From: the human T2T-CHM13v2.0 reference genome, Homo sapiens
DNA length: 64,000 bases
Direction: 5' to 3' (one strand)
Assembly: GCF_009914755.1 (NCBI RefSeq)
Contig: NC_060936.1
Part shown: positions 11,021 to 24,396 of the stretch, piece after piece
How the letters are laid out: every line of letters begins with the position of its first letter
Position numbering within the stretch: the stretch's first letter is position 1
Notes under the pieces: model-generated
Database searches by the model: none
What the model was told of the DNA's origin: nothing
What the model saw: the letters and a program-made list of their open reading frames with translations, nothing else
Translations under genes and position numbers: made by a program

Positions 11021-11352
11021 CCAGGAACCCACTTGTTGTTAGAGAGACCGACTTCCTGGTTCAAAGCCTGGGATAACACACTATTGCAAATACTTAGAAA
11101 GTCAGGTGCCAAGCTCCTGTGCAGGTGTGTGTACTTGAACAAGAACATTTGAAACAGACCTTTGGAATATGACAGCACTTCATCCTTTCTGTGAACAAAT
11201 CCTTCTAATGGACTTGACTCACCCCCACCCCACCTTCCAACCCTCATTCCAATAATAACTGCATTTAAGTGATAAAAGTTTGGGCCTCATAAAAAGTTAG
11301 AAACAGACTGGGACCTTGCTCTGAGAATCATAATTTTGTTTTAAAAAATTTA

Positions 11353-11677
<325 letters not shown>

Positions 11678-12088
11678 TCATTTAAAAGCGGCAGGAAGCA
11701 TGTTTAAAGCAGGCATACACATTTCCTTCTTATGTTCAGTGGTTCATCTGTACTGCATTTAGGCTAAGTCTGGAGAGAAAAGACCACGTGCATCCTTAAA
11801 AACTCCAAGATATAAAATAAAGCCAAACGGCCTAAGAATTTGGTGAAGTAACATTTTGGAAAAACTGATTATCATTCGATTTCCCATTCTTTCCTTTGTT
11901 GCATTGGGGCAGAAAAGCTACGTGGTGCTTAGTGCTTCTGGGAAGGCAAGGAAAAAATGAGTCAATTCCTGGCTTCTAAAGCCTAAGGCCTTAGGGAAAT
12001 ATCAACATAATACATAAATGAAAGAAATAAAGAATAAAAAGGAATGTGTAAGAATGAGTTTCCCTCATTCCCCAAAGAGTAAAGATGC

Positions 12089-12267
12089 TGTCTTAGTCAG
12101 TTAGAGTAGCTAATGAAATACCATAGACTAGTGGCTTATAAACAACAGACATTTATTTCTCAGCATTCTGGAAGATGGAAGGTCTGAGATCAGGGTGCTA
12201 GCATGGTCAGGTGAGGATTAGGGCTCTCCTGGCTTGAAGGCAGTGCCTTCTCACTGTAACCTCACAC

Positions 12268-12317
<50 letters not shown>

Positions 12318-12480
12318 CCCTTCTAGTAATGATTCTAATCCTATCATAATACTACGGTCCACCATCATGACTTCATTTAACCTTAATTACCTTAAAACAG
12401 CTCTATATTCAAATACAGTCACATTGAGGGTTAGGGCTTCAACAGATGAATTTGGGGATGGACACATTCAGTGCATAACA
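12089..12480 (-). mobile_element. MLT1A-type solo LTR containing (GA)~21
   Basis: TGTCTTAGTC..CATAACA ends with perfect 5-bp TSD GATGC; GA repeat at 12271-12312. Confidence 0.85.
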
Positions 12481-13379
12481 GATGCCTTGGGCTGGGAGTG
12501 GAAGGGGATTCATAGGTGAATTTAGAGGGGATTCGGAGGTCTCTGTGGTGAGAAGTGAGAGGCTGGAGCTGAAGGGAGCAGGTGGAGGAAAGAACCACGG
12601 CATAGATGTTCAGCCTTGTTTTCAGGAAACAAGGTGCCACCCAAGGGCTGTGCTAGACATTTTCTAGAGGCTGCCCGTGAGTACTTCCCTTGACAGCCAC
12701 AGCATGAGGCCTTCCACGTGGCCAGCAAGGACACCAAATTTTGCTCCGAGACTGTTAGACACAGCTTGCCTTACTCAACGTATATAACCTGCAGACCCGA
12801 CAATATGTCAAGAAGCCTCAGAGAAAGAGGATGGAGGCTGGTATGGTGGCAGTGACTTCGAACACACTGGTGTAAAAACTGTACTTGGGTGGGGCCTTAA
12901 GGTCACTCCTTGGAGAACAGCCCACCCACAAGCCATGAGAGGTGAAATATTTCTAGCTACAGGACATCAGAGCCGTCCCTACCTGGCACCCTCCCTACCG
13001 GGGCACATTTCTCAGGGACCTGACCTAGTCTAAACACTTAGGTTAACCATGTCCCTGCATGGCAGACCAGAGGAATTTTCAAAGCGGGGTAAATCTCAGC
13101 CACAACACTCTGCTCCGGGAACTTGGGCTGCAGTACAGCTTTCTTTATTTCACATCATTTCTTCCACAACAAATTCAACAGGAATGTGCCACTTTATGCA
13201 AGGGAGATGATAAATCAACATCAAATATGTTATGCTCAGCCTTATAATAATTCAATAAATTATTCAGTACAGCAGTTACTAAACACAGAACAATTTACCA
13301 ACAGCCCATTCATGAGATTTTATGGTTCAGGTTAAACATCTGTGGTTGTGTCTACACTGCAGACAAAATTCGTGTTTAG

Positions 13380-14020
13380 AACAGTGGTTTATGATGTTGG
13401 GTGCATATTGGGAATCATCTGTGTCATAAGGTGATACTGATGCTTGGAGTCCCACCCTGAATAGAGTTTGACTTAATTGGTCTGGGGTATGCATTGGGCA
13501 TGCCTTGGTATTTTAAAAAATTCCTCCTATGATTCAAATGTAAAGCAGTTGAGAACTACTGGGGTTGTGTTTTAGCTGTAAAGGAAATCAAACTGTATGG
13601 AGGAGTTAATCTTATGAGATTTGTGGAGTAAGTATGGAGAGCATGCCCTTTAAATCAGTTGTCCTCAACCTGGACGGTCCAGTAGAATCATACACCAGGA
13701 CATCAGAACATACAGCAAATATATACCATGACTCAGCCTGGGTCTCCATCCCAGAAGTATTGATTTCATTGGTCTGAGATGTTACCTAGCATCAGGATTT
13801 CAAAAGCATCTGAGTGACTGCAACATGGAGCTACTGATTTAAACTGTGGTTCTCAGCTCACTCAGCATGTTAAAATAAGCTGAGAGTTTTACAAACTCAT
13901 GTTTGAGCCCCAGCCCCAGAAGTTCTTATTTTAAATCGATCTGGACTATAGCCTTGACAATAATTATTTTTAAAGCTTCCCAAGGAATCTTACAAGCACC
14001 CAGAGTTGGAAACAAGTGGT
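13380..14020. mobile_element. Cluster of three MER5-family MITEs
   Basis: Three units (about 13382-13560, 13656-13835, 13845-14020) opening with CAGTGGTT/CAGTTGTCCTCAA/CTGTGGTTCTCA and carrying AATTGGTCTGGG-like cores. Confidence 0.65.
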
Positions 14021-14210
14021 GTTAAACATTTTTGGGCAGAAACAGTGATGCTTGGTTGGAACTAGGGTGAGAATGTGATGTTAACATTTCAGAGATAAAT
14101 GTAGGCATCAGGGCTCTGGTTCCTGGAGAAAAAAGACAGCTATAACTTTTCAGGGGGAAATACAACAATCCCATTTTTAATAGGGTGGCCAGGAAAGGTG
14201 CCATGGGCTC

Positions 14211-14587
14211 TGTATTAGTCCATTCTCATGCTGCTAATAAAGACATACCTGAGACTGGGTGATGCATAAAGGAAAGATGGTTAATGGACTCACAGTTCAG
14301 CATGGTTGGGGAGGCTGCAGAAAACTTAAAATCATGGCAGAAGGGGAAGCAAACACATCCTTTCTTCTTCCCATGGTGGTAGCAAGGAGAAGTAGAATGA
14401 GTAAAAGGAGCAAAGCCCCTTCTAAAGCCACCAGATCTCATGAGAACTCACTATCATGAGAACAGCAGGGAGGTAGCTGCTCCCATGATTCAATTACCTC
14501 CAACCAGGTACCTCTCACGACACACGGGGATTATGGGAGACACAATTCAAGATGAGATTTGGGTGGGGACACAGCCAAACCATATCA
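14211..14587 (-). mobile_element. THE1 (B/C-like) solo LTR
   Basis: TGTATTAGTCCATTCTCATGCTGCT..GGGGACACAGCCAAACCATATCA; TSD GGCTC/GGCTG. Confidence 0.9.
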
Positions 14588-14695
14588 GGCTGAATTTGTA
14601 AGCTTAAGCCCTAACCCCCAGTACCTCAGTATGTGATGACTTAGAGACAGGGCTTTTAAATAAATCAGGGTAAAGGAGGTCATTAGGGTAGGGTG

Positions 14696-15125
14696 TGTTA
14701 AAAGTAAATTAAAATGGAGACTAGTCCTGAATAATCCCTGAGCAGACAGAAGTGGAAGTGGTTAGGCTTCATAAGTGACCTTAATCTTGCTGGGTGTGCA
14801 AACGTAAGTGAAACTTAACGAGTTATTTCTTGTAAACGTGTGTTAAAGAAAAACAGAACTTAAGTTCAACCAGTCAGAAGCAACCAATAGATATACAACT
14901 AGGGGCTTTCCACTGGAATGGAACAAATAAGGCAAGTATACAAATATAACCCATTAAATGTTTCCTTTGCTTTACTTCCTTGTGTGTCCCATAAGTCTCC
15001 ACCTTGCGTTTGTTCAGTGGAATTCCTGAACCACTTCTGGTTTGAAGCTGCCCAATTCATGAATTCCTGTTTTAGCAAACAAACTCTTTAAACATTGTAT
15101 TGTGTCTCAGTTTACCTTTTTAACA
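14696..15125 (+). mobile_element. ERV1 MER4-group solo LTR (MER57-like)
   Basis: TGTTAAAA..TTTTAACA termini; inserted within the MLT1B sequence. Confidence 0.65.
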
Positions 15126-18100
15126 AGTCCTGACCTAATGTGACTGGTGACCTTAAAAGAAGAGGAGATTAAGAGACAGGTGCACACAGAGGAAAGAACA
15201 TATGAAGGCATCGGGAGAAGGCAGCATCTACAATCTTCAGAGAGAGGCCTCAGAAGGATCCAAACCTGCCTGTACCTTGATTTTGGCCTTCCAGCCTCCA
15301 GAACTGTGAGAAAATAAACTCCTGTTGGTGAAGCACTCCCAGTGTGTGGTGCTTTGTTTTGGCAGCCCAAGCAGACTCATACAGAAGGCTTCTTTGGGGT
15401 TTGGGCATTTCCAAGGTGTCATAATTCAAGATGGGGTGTGAGTCAAGGGGAGGTCTTAGAGAAGAGCATTCCAGGCTTTGAAAAAAGCATATGCAATAAT
15501 TTCTCCATCTCCATCGAGAAATGCTGTTAAAACAAACAGCAGAATAAAATTAACTGTTCTTCTTACTTGCTGAGATGTTGCCCAGGGGATGGTCTACCAT
15601 ATTCCAGTGTCCCTTTTGTGAGAATCCACAAAAGGAATCTTGTTCTGGTCCTGATATTAAGAGGAACTGTGTATCTCTCCAGGAACCAGTTTGGTTTCAT
15701 TTTGTGGTGAGTGTAAATCTTTGACTCAATTGCCTTCTTTTGTCTGTTGAGTATTTACAAAGAAATACGTGGTCCACCTTCCATGACTGTGCAGACCCAC
15801 ATGCTGTGATTTCTGTTATGCATCCTGACTTAGTTTTCCTTTTTCCCATCCATATTTTCCTTCCATGTGGACACCCTTAAGTAATTATTTTACTTTTCTA
15901 TGGTTAAATATGGTAACCTAGTCACTTTAAATCATTTGTGGAATGAAGTCAGGTTTAAGCGATAAAAGATTATCTTAGTATTTTTGACCTGGGATCACCA
16001 TCTTCACAGAAAGTCAACACATCATGTTATCTTGTCATCTTGACAGCTTCTGCTATTGATGAACAAAGTCCTGAAATTTGCACATACCCCTTTCAAAGAC
16101 ATTTAATCACTACAGCCTCTTTTCTCTTTTAAGGCCATATTGAAATAATCATTTCCTCAAAGTGAAACTTCAAAATATACTGGAGAACAATTAGGTGCCC
16201 TGCACCTGAAAGGGGATTGTAATTAAAAGATGAGAAGATGTTTCACTGGTGAGAACATGCACGTGGTCAGCTCAGTTTTGTAGAGGCAGGCGAGGCCAGC
16301 CTTTGAGGCATCTTCCATGTCTAACGTGGATATTCCAACGTTGATCAAAGCAACACTACTTTCAGCTAGGCAGCTCTCTGGGAGCAGTTTCACCACCCAG
16401 CACTCTTGAAACTAATTGAAAGCTGTGGTCAGGCTGTGTTCTGAAATGCAGACACTTTTAAAGTTCTCAATAGCTAGGAGTAGATTTCTCAGGAGCTAAT
16501 CAAAGGTTTTAGGGGGAACCTGAGATGAATAATTTCAAAGTAGTTGAAAGCTAGAGAGCTTTGGTTGAAACAGAAAATTAAATAATGGGGTCTCTCCATG
16601 CTTTGCTAGTTCCTTCTCAGGGCTGTCTGCCCTGAAGCACATATGGTCACAGCTCCTGGCTGGTTCTCAATGGAAGAGTGACGCTCCATTTTTCCATTCA
16701 GCCACCTGCAGGAATCCATTTACTTGCTATAGAAGCTCGGTGAACTGTGGCAGAGCTGAGTGATTTTAAAATGTAGCCATCAGCACCATTATTGCTTCTT
16801 GTACTTTTTCAATGGGGACTTAGATTCCATTGGAAAGTTCAATCAACAGGAATGGCGGCCGTTGACGGTGTAAATTTTGAAATGTCTTAAGCAGCTTCAG
16901 AGAGGAAAATAACAAATGCAATGTCTCGGCGTTCTTTTCAACCACAATGTGCCTGCGGATTTTGTCAGGAGGTTATCACTCAGGAAGGGGGGGACACTTA
17001 ATCAGAGAGGCCTCCTGAGAATATGCTTTTAATTCATCAATGGATTAACTTTAATGAACCTGATTATGGGTAATAAATCGTGTTAAATATGTTATCCTGG
17101 GGAAAGTTCTCATTCTAATATGTGATTTAATGTCATGGAAATACTAGTTAGTCCTGTCTTTCAGTACTGTTTATTTGAGATCTGAATTTGGCCACGACTC
17201 TGCTGTCAATGATAAACACATGCACACACACAGAGTCAGGAATATATGGGTGGTTAAATTACAGGCTTAATCACTGTACTTGATAAGAACAGAAGAAGGA
17301 AAGAGACTGCACAGTGTTTACAGCAGTGCCTGTCTCCTAGGAGACAGCAACCACTAATGAACTATGAATAAATGAATGAATGAATGAAACTGTGATAAAG
17401 ATGTCTCTGTCTGCAGCAAGACATCTGGACTGATAATAACTGGGAAACACAACTGTTGAGCTATTTGAGAATTAAGCGTAAAACCTACATTACCTGACAC
17501 GTCTGTAGTGGTAATGACCTATGTCCAGATTTCAGTATATCCTGGCCTGTCCTACCCTGGCATAGTTGAGTCTTTAACATCTGAACCTGGCACGATGACG
17601 TCTTTGTGCCTGTGTGAGTCTGACTGTTTTTACTGGTGCTGTCACTGGGCAACTATGACCCTTTGACAATGTAATCATCAACCCACTGCAAGGAAACTTT
17701 CAGGGAGGAGCACAAGTCCTGGTATGCTCTGAAATCTGTCTACTCACATCTCCTGTTAATACCAATAAAGTGCCAACATCTGACCTGCAGGAGTGGTAAT
17801 TTCTGGGAAAGAAATTCTGAAGACAATAGTTGAGAATCCTTTTCACAAAATGCTGCCTGTTGAGGTAAGAGGGCCACACTTTGGGAAATGGGTCATGATA
17901 ATTTACATTTGTGATTCAGAAAAGTTATACTCAACGTGGAGAGGTTGGAAATGCCATAAGCAATTAACTTTGCTTTTTATTTTACTTTCATATATTTATA
18001 AGAGTGACATATGTTTTAAGAAGTTGATTCTAAATGAGTCTAAAAGAGACCTTTTATTAAGTATAAAAATAAAACATGGTGTCATAGTTGAAATGACATA

Positions 18101-18374
18101 ACTTTTGTCTTATTGGTGATCAAAGTAACAATGCATTTTATTATTGATGGCATTTTAGATTCAATAGAATATGGTAATAACAACATCCATTTACATGAAA
18201 CTGCAATTAATAAACACAGCCTTAAAAACTTATACAAATGCATACTAAACTGCTCATTAGCCTCAGAATTCACTTAGCAGGCAAACGTCTAGAAAAAAAA
18301 CTTCCATTTATTATAGGAAGTGATTTTAAAATGATCGATACTCAAAGTCTCCACTTTCATCATATTGATAATTA

Positions 18375-18935
18375 AGTTTTTAATTGTAACTTATATTGAT
18401 ATAATTGTAGTTTCGCATGATCATGTAAGAAATATTAGAAAAAGATCCGTTTGCCCTTTGCCCAGCTTCTCTCAATTGTAACATCTTCTAGAATTCTAGT
18501 GCAATATCACAGTCAGCATATGGACACTAAGATAATCCACAGATCTTAGATTTCTCGGTTTTACTTGCAGACGTTGTGTGTGTGCGTGTGTGTGTGTGCA
18601 TCTCTATTTAGTTCTATACCATCTCATCACGTGTGTTGGTTTGTGTCTCCATCACCACAGTCGAGACACTTGGCAGTTCTATCCCCACAAGGCTCCTTCC
18701 TGTGGCCTTTCCATAGTCACCTCGCCCTCTCCTGTCCCCCATCCCCATCCCTAATCCCTGGCAACCGCTATTGTGTTCTCCATCTCTAAAACTTCACCCC
18801 ATTTCAAAAATGTTACGTAAGTGGAATTATACAGTATGTAACCTTTTAGAACTAGAATTTTTTTTCACTCAGCATAACTTTCTGAAGATTCTTCCAAGCT
18901 GTTGCATACATCATTAGTTCAATCCTTTTTTTGTT
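18375..18935 (-). mobile_element. L1M (MC/MD-like) 3' end
   Basis: CCCTGGCAACC..TCTCCAT, GTGGAATTATACAGTATGTAACCTTT, TTTTCACTCAGCATAA. Confidence 0.8.
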
Positions 18936-19869
18936 GCCAGATGAAATCTTTTCAAATAAATAAATGGATATTGAATCCTATGAGAATTGTGTCAGATGGC
19001 TGTTTGGATAAGGGTGTAAAGAATGTGATTTGTGTGGGCTCCTAAATAATCAAAGACCTCCTTCAAGCCTGGTAGTAGCAACTTTGATACAAATCATTCC
19101 AGTCATTTGATCACTCCAGTGAAATGAGAAAAGGAGTAAAGGATAGGGATAAAAATCCAGGTAATTCCAGAAGCCCACTGTATTCAAAGCCATCGTTGCT
19201 GGCTCTGCATTTTCTGTTTAAGCCAAAGTTGATATTAAGAGAAACTATGCCAATTAGTATTTTATTTCTTCTTTTCTCCTATGAGCTCTTATAGCTATAC
19301 AAATAAGCAGTGATAAAGTTGCCAAATAAAACCTAGAAAAAGAGGGAGATTAGGCTCTGAATGACTGATGAAAGGATTATCTAACTTTGAGAATACTGGA
19401 AAACACTTCTTTTCACATTTCCAAGCAACTTGAAATTGCAGCTTTTCACTGTAATCAGGTTTGGGACATCCTTTTTGTTTTTAAGACTTTACTAAAGAAA
19501 CACTTCCAGAGAGCCTACTGCCATCTCATAGGTAAATTTTTATTGATTCCCATTTTGCATGAAATGTAAACTCAAACACAACCAGGTTGCGAGATTTTCC
19601 CCAACGTTCTGTGGCTCTGAAGTGGAAAGCCAGGATTAGATTCCACGCAGTCTGACTCAGAGTTCTCTGCACACTCCTTTGTATTTCTGACTTTTTTCTT
19701 TTCTTTTTCCTTTCCTTTCTCTTTCTTTCTTTTTTTCTGAGGTATATTAAACCTACAGGAAGGCACCTGTGGTACAGGTATGGAGCTTGACAAATTTGCA
19801 CCAAATGAATTTCTCTTGTAATCAGCATCTGCACCAAATCACAGGAAATTACCAGGGTTCCAGAGGCTC

Positions 19870-20060
19870 CTCTCCACTCACTACCTGCTGCCCAGCATAA
19901 CCACTTCCTCGGCTTCTGAAAGCATCCACTGGTTCTGCCTGTTTTGGTACTTTATGTAAATGATTACACAGACCGTATGCTCCTGTGATTGGCTTCTTTC
20001 ACTGAACATGAGCTATTGCTGTGTGCAATTGTAGATCATCAATTCTCATTCTACCGTGTC
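19870..20060 (-). mobile_element. L1ME fragment
   Basis: TTCTGCCTGTTTTGGTACTTTATGTAAATG..TGGCTTCTTTCACTGAACAT. Confidence 0.55.
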
Positions 20061-21059
20061 CTTTAAAAAACTGTTGCTGGTGGTACAAATCTGAAAATCT
20101 ATTAAATTTCAGCAGCAAGTGAAATTTCCATTCTACTACCAAAAAATAATTTAAATTCAGCAGTCCATTTAAATATCAAATCCTCTCACTTCTATCTGGT
20201 AACCAAACAAATTCAGAGACTGGTTTACAAGGCTCTGTCTTTGAAACTTACCACCTTTCAAGCTGCTCCCATTTTAATCAAGATTAGAAGATGTGTCACA
20301 GTTTTTTTAGCACTTAAATTCCTTCCCGTCCATTAAGTTGACAAGGAGTATTCAATTACCAAGTATTACTATAATCGTCACTGGAAAAGCATCTCTAGGC
20401 AATACTTACAGCTTAGAGACTTGCTCCAGCAAAATAATAATTGTTAGTTGTCCTTCATATTGAAAGACGGTGCCAGATCTGAGGATCCTCCAGCAAGATG
20501 GCTTTTAGGTAGGTGGTTTGTGAAAGGTGCAGCCCGTCTACTGCAGAAATCCTGACCATTTGATAACAGACACCATACAGTCCTAAATCTCAAGTGTAAA
20601 AGAAAATATTGATTCAAGTGAACCGGCCAAAGAGGGAAGAGGGAGGCCCTAATTCTGAGCACCAAAAGTCCATTTTTACACCATAGCATCTCATTCGTCT
20701 ACCTTGCAAGGGATCTAGAAAGCTGGGCTCTTTTTTATGAATACAGAGGCTTTTGAAAAAGTCAAAAGTGAGATTTGAGGTGAACACATGTTTAGACCCC
20801 AATCTATTGCACTGAGAGCCATATACCCAAAGACAGGGGGAGAAGTCCTAGTTTGATTTTACGGCTGGTGGTGCTGTTGCGGTCCGTGTTTCCGCTCAGT
20901 CTTTTGGTAGAATTGTTATTCAATCTGTACCTTCCTGTTTGTGTTTTCTGTTGGTCTGGGCTTAGTGGCAGAGGACATAACCCACTCTGTTTGTGGAAAA
21001 ATATTAATGACACACAGGATCATTGGGTCGCTAGGCTGCTTCTAGCTTCTAGGAGTAAG

Positions 21060-21330
21060 TCCCAAAGCACACTGAGGAGTTTGCTACTCTGCTTCTGACC
21101 CCATTACAGAGCTGTGGAGTCCAGCAGGCTACCCACCAAATCAGGAGCTGCCCATCTGAGCCGCCCACTGTCGTGTGCACCATCAACGGAAGATGTGCTG
21201 CCTCTCTCCACATGCAACCTACGTTCCAAATGTAAATTTGTATGTGTGCATCTGGTTGGGGAAATCTAAATCACACCCAGAATGCCTCACTGCAAGGGAC
21301 CCTGGGAAATGCAGTTCTTAGATGCTCACT
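21060..21330 (-). mobile_element. Old ERVL/MaLR LTR fragment
   Basis: GCATCTGGTTGG..AAATCACACCCAGAA..CTGCAAGGGA..CTGGGAAATGCAG motif. Confidence 0.45.
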
Positions 21331-21472
21331 AGAAAGGCTGAAGAACCCTAAGCCCACCAGCCCTCAGTGTGCAGGATTTAGACACACAATCAACAGAAAT
21401 ACAGAAATGCCCGTTTTAGCACCTCATGTAAACCCTACACTTTTACATTTCATGTCAATCCTCTAGATAATC

Positions 21473-21757
21473 TTTTTGTTGTTATTGAGGCGGAGTCTTG
21501 CTCTGTTGCCCAGGCTGGCATGGAGTGGTGTGATCTTGGCTCACTGCACCCTCTGCCTCCTGGGTTCTGGTGATTCTCCTGACTCAGCCTGGGATTACAG
21601 GTGCATGCCACTACACCTGGCTAATTTTTGTATTTTTAGTAGAGACAGGGTTTCAACATATTGGCCAGGCTGGTCTCGAACTCCTGACCTCAAGAGATCC
21701 ATCTGCCTTGGCCTCTTAAAGTGCTGGGATTATAGGTGTGAGCCACCATGCCTGGCC
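21473..21757 (-). mobile_element. AluS with small internal deletion
   Basis: Alu body reading CTCAGCCTGGGATTACAG (~11 bp missing); degenerate TSD TCTAG(A/G)TAA(T/C)CTTTT. Confidence 0.92.
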
Positions 21758-21799
21758 TCTAGGTAACCTTTTATTTGAAGTTGAGATTTGCCTTGATTA

Positions 21800-21965
21800 G
21801 TACAATGGTTCTTGCCCTCACTGGGCGTCAGATTCACATGGATAACTTAAGAAGTACAGAAGACCCGGTCCCAAATCCCAGAGAGCCTGATTCACTCAGT
21901 CTGGGCAGGCCCAGGTCATCCCTGGATAATTCCCATAAGGACCCGGAATGAGGAACACTGGGTTA
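21800..21965. mobile_element. MER5-family MITE
   Basis: CAATGGTTCT..CCCAGAGAGCCTGATTCACTCAGTCTGGG..TGAGGAACACTG. Confidence 0.6.
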
Positions 21966-22649
21966 GACAACACCGCAGTCACCCAGTATCCTCTGCCTCC
22001 CGAAAGCTGTAGAACCTCGTAGACTTTGTAGAAGACTCTCATTGAGCTCAGGACTGAATTGCCGAAAATACATAACACATCGTAAAAAAAGATCTGAGAA
22101 ATGCTCCGAAGGCTGGAACAACACATGCTCATCACGAGCAAAGAGAAGTTGCACCAACAGTGGAGGACATTTTAATTAGCCAAACCTTATGTATAAAAAT
22201 GAAAATGCAGCACTCAGCTGCCAAGTCAACTACTGAACATTTAAAAGAGCTTATTGAAACTTTAACAGTGACTTAAACAAAACAAAACAAACAAGTGAAA
22301 ATAAACAAATGGCGGCTGGCAACACATTGTGTCACAGATGGATGGGCTCCACCACGCTGTCCGAGGTAAATCACAAAAGACAAAATAAATAAATAAATAC
22401 ATAAACAACATTAGGCAGAACTCCCAGGGCTGTAGACCACTTTTTAAAGTCTTCAGACAAAAATTAAAAAAAGTCTCAGAACTCAAGGTACTCCATGGTT
22501 CCTGGAAAACAAATGAAATAACACTGCTCTGTGCTTTTTTTTTTTGGCTCCGCAGATTGATGATGAAGTGGCCCAGGAGGGACTTTAACCACGTTCGCAT
22601 TATTTTAGAAGGGAAAGGAGACCCATTTCACTTCTTCCCAAGCTAAGCC

Positions 22650-22806
22650 CCTGGCTACTCCAAGTGTGGTCCATGGGCCAGCATCCCTAGACCTGGTTAG
22701 AAAGGCAGACTTTGGTCCACTGCAGACCTCCTGAGTCAGGATCTGCATTCAAACACAGTCTCCAGGTGATGCGTTCACACGTACGCGACAGTCTGTGAAG
22801 CACAGG
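22650..22806. mobile_element. MER5A
   Basis: CAAGTGTGGTCCATGGGCCAGCA..GAGTCAGGATCTGCATT..CCAGGTGAT. Confidence 0.65.
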
Positions 22807-23104
22807 GCAACACTCTCCCGTATTCCCATCTGTTTAGAGCACATGCTTCCATGTCAAAATCCTAGTTAAGAATTTGTAGTTTAAGAATTTCTAGTTAAGA
22901 ATTTCTGAGTTTCTATAAAAGGAAGCACCTTTCCCATTTACTAGATTTGAGCCCATCAGCCCACCTGCAACAGAAATGTGTGTTTACTCACGCAGTCTGA
23001 AACAGTCCCATTCACCTCAAATTGTCTATTATAACAAAACATCCCTGAATCCACAGTTTTGTCCATCCTGCCATCCAAATGAGCATTTTACACTGTTAAA
23101 GTTC

Positions 23105-23424
23105 TCTTTTTTTTTTTTTTTTTTTTTTTTGAGACGTCGTTTTGCTCTTGTCACCCAGGCTGGAGTGCAGTAGTAGTGCAGTGGTGTGATCTTGGCTCAC
23201 TGCAACTTCCGCCTCCCGGGTTCAAGCCATTCTCCTGCCTTAGCCTCCCGAGTAGTGGGGATTACAGGTACGTGCCACCATGCCCAGCTAATTTTTGTAT
23301 TTTTAGTAGAGGTGGGGTTTTGTCATATTGGCCAAGCTGGTCTCAAACTCCTGACCCCAGGTGATCCGCCCACCTCGGCCTCCCAAAGTGCTGGGATTAC
23401 AAGCATGAGCCACCGTGCTTGGCC
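23105..23424 (-). mobile_element. AluS (Sq/Sx-like)
   Basis: Full Alu with poly-T; small GTAGTA/GTGCA duplication near 23170. Confidence 0.95.
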
Positions 23425-24396
23425 CTAAAGTGCTTCTTAAACATACTGGATTATACATTTACTAGGACACTTAGAGGAAAAGACTTTTACATCTTGGTTA
23501 TTCCCAGTGACCTGAAAATAAACAGACTGTTCATTTACCTCCTGGCCACCAACCAGCCTAGTAAGTGCTATATAACTGGTTGATTTGCAAGAGAATAAAA
23601 TTGGAATTTCCTTCTTCCTTTAAATATGCAGCAAGAATTAGTTGAAAACACATATCAGATCTTCTGTGTTCTGACAAGAGAGTAAGGAGATAAGATTAAC
23701 TGCTAAAAATGTCTCTCCACTTTATCTTTAGGTTTAATAATTTAGAGTTTGAACTGTTTGCTCAGAAGGCAAACAATATCTTCTGCTGCATATTTTATGA
23801 CTGAATTTCAGAAAGCAACAGGCCAGCAGCCAAACCCCTGGTGCATACTTAACTTACTCTCCAGAGAAAAGATCTACTGGGGAAGAGGCTGGGGATCAAT
23901 TCTGACATTGCACACAGAGGCCCCAGAAAGATCAAAACCTTAGAGTGAGTGCTGGGACCTCTTAGCTAACATCCACTGCAGACGGGGCACCTTGTGCTGC
24001 ACACAGTTCCCCACCTGCTCCTGCTAGCTCCTGTCTCTGATTTGTCTTTACAAATGGCTTATTGGGACAGTCACTTTCCTGCTGGCTCACAGTGGTAATG
24101 GCCTGAGTGACCAGCTAGCTTATGGCAGCATACACCCTTGATCTCATGTTAACATCAGGATATGTGACACTCTTTAATGGAACTGAGAACATTCTCTTGC
24201 CCAATTAATGGAAACTGTTATCAGTTACTAAAGTACCATGGAATAAGAACAACATAATTGTCTACTTCTCAACCCTAGGAGGGTACTAACACCAACACCA
24301 AAACCAATGCTAACACTAATGCTAATGCCAGCACTAACACTAAAACCAATGCTAAAACTAATGCCAACACTACTGACACTAACAATAACACCAGCT

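Larger units (their letters stand above)
14199..15383 (+). mobile_element. MLT1B-like LTR hosting two nested LTRs
   Basis: CCTAACCCCCAGTACCTCAG..GAGGTCATTAGGG continues after 15125 to GCAGACTCATACA. Confidence 0.8.

Noticed and set aside
20804-21098. CpG-containing ORF pair as a possible coding exon
   Set aside because: No recognisable protein similarity and no convincing splice sites in frame
22862-22905. Small tandem stutters (14-bp x3 here; 17-bp at 151-182; 24-bp at 47579-47626)
   Set aside because: Ordinary slippage duplications expected at this frequency
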